In this document: in pieces, positions 15,160-19,002 of the stretch
Position numbering within the stretch: position 1 is the first letter of the stretch
How the letters are laid out: the number at the start of each line of letters is the position of its first letter
NCBI GenBank assembly: GCA_046761065.1
Contig: JBHIFL010000076.1
Coordinates: 1-19,002 of the forward strand
Length of the DNA stretch: 19,002 bases
From: Candidatus Heimdallarchaeota archaeon
GTDB taxonomy: Archaea; Asgardarchaeota; Wukongarchaeia; Wukongarchaeales; JBHIFL01
Direction: 5' to 3'
Notes under the pieces: generated by a model
What the model was told of the DNA's origin: nothing
Databases searched by the model: none
The model's input: only the letters and a program-made list of their open reading frames with translations
Program-made: the position numbers and the translations under genes

Positions 15160-17631
15160 TTGGCAATTGCAAAAGTAGTACCTAAAGTACTTAAGTTAAT
15201 GCGACAAAAAGAGCAGATCCGCAACATTGGGGTCATTGCACATATTGATCATGGAAAGACGACTCTGACCGATTCGCTTCTAGCGGCCGCAGGGGTTCTT
15301 AGTAGTAAAATCGCCGGTGAAGCCCGGATGATGGATCTCCGTGAGGATGAACAAGAACGTGGGATCACAATCAAGACCACTGGTATCTCCCTCTATCATG
15401 AACTCGAAGGAGAATCCTATATCATCAACCTACAAGACACACCCGGACTTTAACGGACATGTGGAAGTCTGTTAAACGGACATGTGGACTTTAGTGGGGA
15501 GGTGACTTCCGCTCTGCGGGTGGTTGATGGAGCCCTTGTCGTTGTCGATGCTGTTGAAGGAGTGATGGTTCAAACCGAGATCGTGACCCGACAGTCGCTT
15601 GAGGAACGCGTCAGACCGGTTCTTTTTATCAACAAGATTGACCGTTTGATCACGGAAATGCGGATGACCCCGGAAGAGGCTTACGCCCAGCTAACTACTA
15701 TCATACGCGATTTTAACCTGCTTTTAGAGACCTACGCGCCTCCGGAGTTTAAAGAAAAGTGGAAAGTTGACCCCGTAATGGGGTCTGTTGCCTTTGGGAG
15801 TGCAAAACACCGGTGGGGCTTTACCATCCCTTCACTTGCCCGTGCCTATGCGAAAAAAGAAGGGAAAGACGCTCAAGCCCTTGCCAAACCGATGTGGCGA
15901 AAAAGTAACTTTGTAAAACTGATGCTAAAACCCCTCTACCAGATCTATCAGTCCTCAGAACAAGGAGAGAAAGATTTTCTGGAGAAAGCCCTTGATGTGA
16001 TCGGGGTCGAATTGATGGAGGAGGAGTGGCTTTTAGCTCCAAAAGACCTCGCAAAAACCATTTTGGAACGATGGTTGCCCGTTGCTAATGCAATTCTCGA
16101 CATGATTATTAAGTTCGTACCCAGCCCTCAGAAAGCCCAGTCCTATCGAGTTTTCGCCGCATGGCCAGGCAATAAAGAGAACCCAGTGGGCAAAGCGTTG
16201 GCCACCGCAGATGAAAACGGTCCAGTGATGATATCAATCAGTAAAATGATTCCCATGCGAGCGAAACGAATCGTAGCAATGGGACGCATTTTTTCTGGGA
16301 CTATTAAATCGGGACAGCGAATACATGTCCTCCTCCCCGGCTATTATTCAGGTCGAAAAGATCGAATGTTCACTACCAATATCCAACAAGTCAGCATTTT
16401 GATGGGGAAAGAAACTCATAAAGTTGACGCTGTTCCCGCAGGAAATATTGTGGCTTTGTATGGGATCCGAGGGGCGTTTTCAGGCTCAACTGTGACTGAT
16501 CTTGAGGATGTCGAACCCTTTGAAGTCCTCCACTTTGCTGTTGAACCTGTCGTAACCATTAGTGTAGAGCCCCAAAACCCCACAGAACTTCCAAAGCTTG
16601 TTGAGGGTTTGAAGCTCATGGAACTGGTTGACGCCAGCCTTGACACCGTCATTAATGAGGAAACAGGAGAATACCTCATTTCAGGAACGGGCGAACTCCA
16701 CCTCGAAATCACTATTAAAGATCTGCAAGACCTCCAAAAACTCGAGGTTATGACCAGTAAACCCATTGTGGTGTTCCGCGAAAGTGTTGCAGGAAAAAGT
16801 GACCATCCTGTCCTCGCTAAGTCTCCAAACAAGCATAACCGTCTATGGCTCACTAGTGAACCGTTGGATCCCAAGTTGACTTTGGATCTTGAGAAAAAGC
16901 AAGTTCCACCGTATCTTGATGAGAAGGCCCGAGCTGCTCTCATGCGGGAAAAATACGGTTGGGATAGGGATTCGGCACGAGGCTTGTGGGCTTTTGGTCC
17001 TGAACATGATGATCCCAACGCCATAATAGATCGAACAAAAGGGATTCAGTATCTTCGGGAAATCAGGGATTACACCATTTCTGGTTTTAGATGGGCAGCG
17101 AAAGAGGGACCGCTCTGTGGAGAGCCGATGTATGGAGTACGCTTCAACCTTGTAGACTGCAAGCTCCATGAAGACGCTATTCACCGAGGCGTGGCGCAAA
17201 TTATGCCTGCAGCCCGCCGCAGCTGTTTTGGAGCCTTCCTCTACGCCAACCCGATCCTCCTTGAGCCGATTTACAAGGCCCAGATCCAAGCCCCAGAAGA
17301 TCAACTGGGTGCCATTTACAAAGTACTCACCAAACGTCGGGGGAAGATCCATGACACGCAGCGGCGTGAAGGAACCCCACTGGTCGTTGTCACCGGAGAA
17401 CTCCCCGTTGCCGAAAGCTTTGGATTAGTGGCTGAATTACGCTCAGAGACTTCCGGCACGGCTTTTTCTCAATTAACCTTTCAGAAGTGGGAGAAAATGC
17501 CCGGGGACGTCATGAAGCCAGTAGAAGAGGGGGGTAGCATCGCTAGACAAGCAGTCGAGGAGACTAGACGCCGTAAAGGGTACCATGACCCGCACCCACC
17601 GAAACCAACAGACTATGAAGATACTCTATGA
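15160..17631 (+). CDS. fusA: Translation elongation factor 2 (aEF-2), interrupted by a 33-nt in-frame insert with a TAA stop; 812 aa after removal of the insert
   Basis: [35 protein letters not shown]|[28 protein letters not shown], diphthamide loop [23 protein letters not shown]. The two track ORFs (15160-15453 and 15484-17631) are in the same frame. TTG start with GAGG upstream. Confidence 0.95.
15448..15481 (+). other. 33-nt intervening sequence in EF-2 (candidate BHB mRNA intron or translational bypass element)
   Basis: CCC GGA [CTT TAA CGG ACA TGT GGA AGT CTG TTA AAC GGA] CAT GTG GAC. Bounded by the direct repeat CGGAC, so the boundaries can slide. 10-bp hairpin 15449-15458 / 15467-15476 with one G-U pair. 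Confidence 0.75.
15452..15488 (+). repeat. 14-nt direct repeat AACGGACATGTGGA x2 (period 23 nt)
   Basis: Copies at 15452-15465 and 15475-15488. Confidence 0.95.
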
Positions 17632-17863
17632 CGTCTTTAACTTGGTCGGCGAGAAATCTCCCTGCGGAACAGTACTTCGTAAAGCTTTTTTTAGACCTAA
17701 CAAAATGAGATAAGAAATCAGACCGACAAAAAGAGGTGAGAGTGGATTTGAGCTATAACTCGATCAGATCCAAGAGAGAACGATCTAAGTTACGCTCCAA
17801 TCTGGACCTATTCAATCATTCCACCTATAAAAAGCTTCGTGCCCAATGGTACAAAAAAATCAT

Positions 17864-18202
17864 CTAAATGAACTGGATTGCTTCCATACTCGCGATTTTA
17901 CCCCCGATCAGTTCCTCAAACCCATGGAATTCGCTTCTCGGACTAATACCTCCTTTAATGATGCAAGTATGACCTATTGGGCCAAATAAATTCCTTGCCC
18001 TTCGGAAGAGACTGGTTTGAAACAGTGGCGCGAGGAAGGCCTGGAGCTGATGGACATTCATCTCAATCATGCCCTCGAGGAGCAGTTCAATGCCCTCCCG
18101 GGGAAACTCTGACGCCAGTACCGGAAACACGACATAGTCCTTATTGATTTCCATACCGATCCCTATTCTTATATACTCCTAGATGAAACTACGACGTTTC
18201 AT
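17864..18202 (-). pseudogene. Probable degraded gene fragment, weakly reminiscent of an IS110-family transposase N-terminus
   Basis: ATG 18202 with GGAGG upstream is in frame with the 96-aa ORF but is interrupted by TAG at 18179-18181 (MKRRSFI*EYIRIGIGMEINKDYVVFPVL..EFPREGIELLLE). The resemblance to the GID.HKD-type motif is weak. Confidence 0.25.
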
Positions 18203-18342
18203 TTCCTCCAATCTCACCCTCCACAGACCCCCCACAAAGGAGGGCGCGGCGGAGTGAGGGAGGAAGATGCGGTTTTGTGATCTAAGTTGGCAATGAAAAA
18301 ATCACACAGCACGCCTATTTTAAGCTTTCGGCCCCCCAGAGA

Positions 18343-18412
18343 TAGTGTAGAGGTTTACACTAATTACTGTAGAGGTCTACACTAAAACGACTTAGTGTAG
18401 GGTCTACACTAA
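18343..18412. repeat. Three tandem palindromic boxes, consensus TAGTGTAG-n3/4-CTACACTA (operator- or iteron-like)
   Basis: TAGTGTAGAGGTTTACACTA 18343-18362, TACTGTAGAGGTCTACACTA 18365-18384, TAGTGTAGGGTCTACACTA 18393-18411, plus a half-site TAGTGTA at 18458-18464. Confidence 0.9.
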
Positions 18413-18429
18413 AATCCTTAATTACGAAG

Positions 18430-18440
18430 TTTATATTAAA
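18430..18440 (+). promoter_or_regulatory. Candidate TATA box downstream of the palindrome array
   Basis: TTTATATTAAA preceded by purine-rich CGAAG (BRE-like). Confidence 0.45.
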
Positions 18441-18590
18441 ATTACCTAGTTGGGTTTTAGTGTATTATAAACAATTAATTAAAAGATCTCGGAGCTGTAA
18501 ATCCACAGGAGATTTGCGATGCTGGTTTCTGATGAGTTTGACGATAGAGTATCGAAATTCCAATATGTTTTTAAATACTCCTTTTGACAA

Positions 18591-18929
18591 ATGATAAGAT
18601 ATCCGATGGGGAATGGAAGAATGAACACCTCTGATATAACAGGGAGTAATGAAACCCCGCCAACACCCCTCCAAGTAATATTCTTCGATACGATATCTGA
18701 GGTCCCATCCCTATACGATCCCGCCCTCCCTGAGAGAGAAATACTGTTCCTCGCACGAGACACCTTCAAAGAGTTAGAGGGCATTCGAAAACCTGATTTA
18801 GCGAAGACCGTCCGTAAGGCCTTGAGGCAGTATTGTGACAACCACCCGGGGATTATAAAGAAAATTTCAATGGGGACATTCGAAATTTATAGTCAAACTT
18901 TTTTTAAAAAGGGTCGTTCAGGTATTTGA
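18591..18929 (+). CDS. Hypothetical protein with a possible ribbon-helix-helix DNA-binding segment
   Basis: EILFLARDTFKELEGIRKPDLAKTVRKALRQY fits a strand-helix-helix RHH/CopG pattern by eye. Start uncertain. Confidence 0.45.
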   Translation: MIRYPMGNGRMNTSDITGSNETPPTPLQVIFFDTISEVPSLYDPALPEREILFLARDTFKELEGIRKPDLAKTVRKALRQYCDNHPGIIKKISMGTFEIYSQTFFKKGRSGI

Positions 18930-19002
18930 AGCCTTCGAGACTCCTCCTCTCTTTCTATTATTTTTTTATCTCAAGTCGGTCAGGAGTGAGAGGGCTGCCC
19001 GG

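Noticed and set aside
15451-15453. Selenocysteine/pyrrolysine recoding or simple readthrough of the EF-2 stop
   Set aside because: The stop is TAA, not TGA or TAG, and readthrough would put 11 residues between DTPG and the catalytic His.
15160-17631. Two separate genes, or a degenerate EF-2 pseudogene or aEF-2p paralogue
   Set aside because: Both parts share one frame, all GTPase motifs and the HRG diphthamide motif are intact, and there is no other lesion. A split inside switch II is implausible.
18343-18412. CRISPR array
   Set aside because: The gaps between repeats are only 2 and 8 nt, the repeats are about 20 nt, and no cas genes are in the window.

Overview
This window is an archaeal chromosomal segment with the hallmarks of an Asgard archaeon; the taxon is inferred from gene content only. 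It carries a eukaryote-like membrane-trafficking locus: Vps22/EAP30 and Vps25 (ESCRT-II), MIT-domain Vps4, both ESCRT-III classes (Vps2/24/46-like and Vps20/32/60-like) and a Rab-like GTPase. It also holds a THUMP protein, a GT-B glycosyltransferase, two nucleotide-sugar SDR enzymes and a eukaryote-like EF-2. Most notable points: (1) the EF-2 gene is interrupted in the invariant DTPG/HVDF motif by a 33-nt, self-complementary, stop-containing insert whose precise removal restores the protein, suggesting a bulge-helix-bulge mRNA intron or a ribosomal bypass element, with assembly artefact not excluded. (2) A large HerA/FtsK-superfamily ATPase with an unusual N-terminal domain lies between the two ESCRT-III genes. 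(3) A convergent gene combines Zn fingers, a coiled coil, a PH-like domain and an ESCRT-I-core-like hairpin. (4) Three palindromic boxes precede a putative ribbon-helix-helix gene downstream of EF-2. All family calls come from motif recognition by eye; no searches were run.
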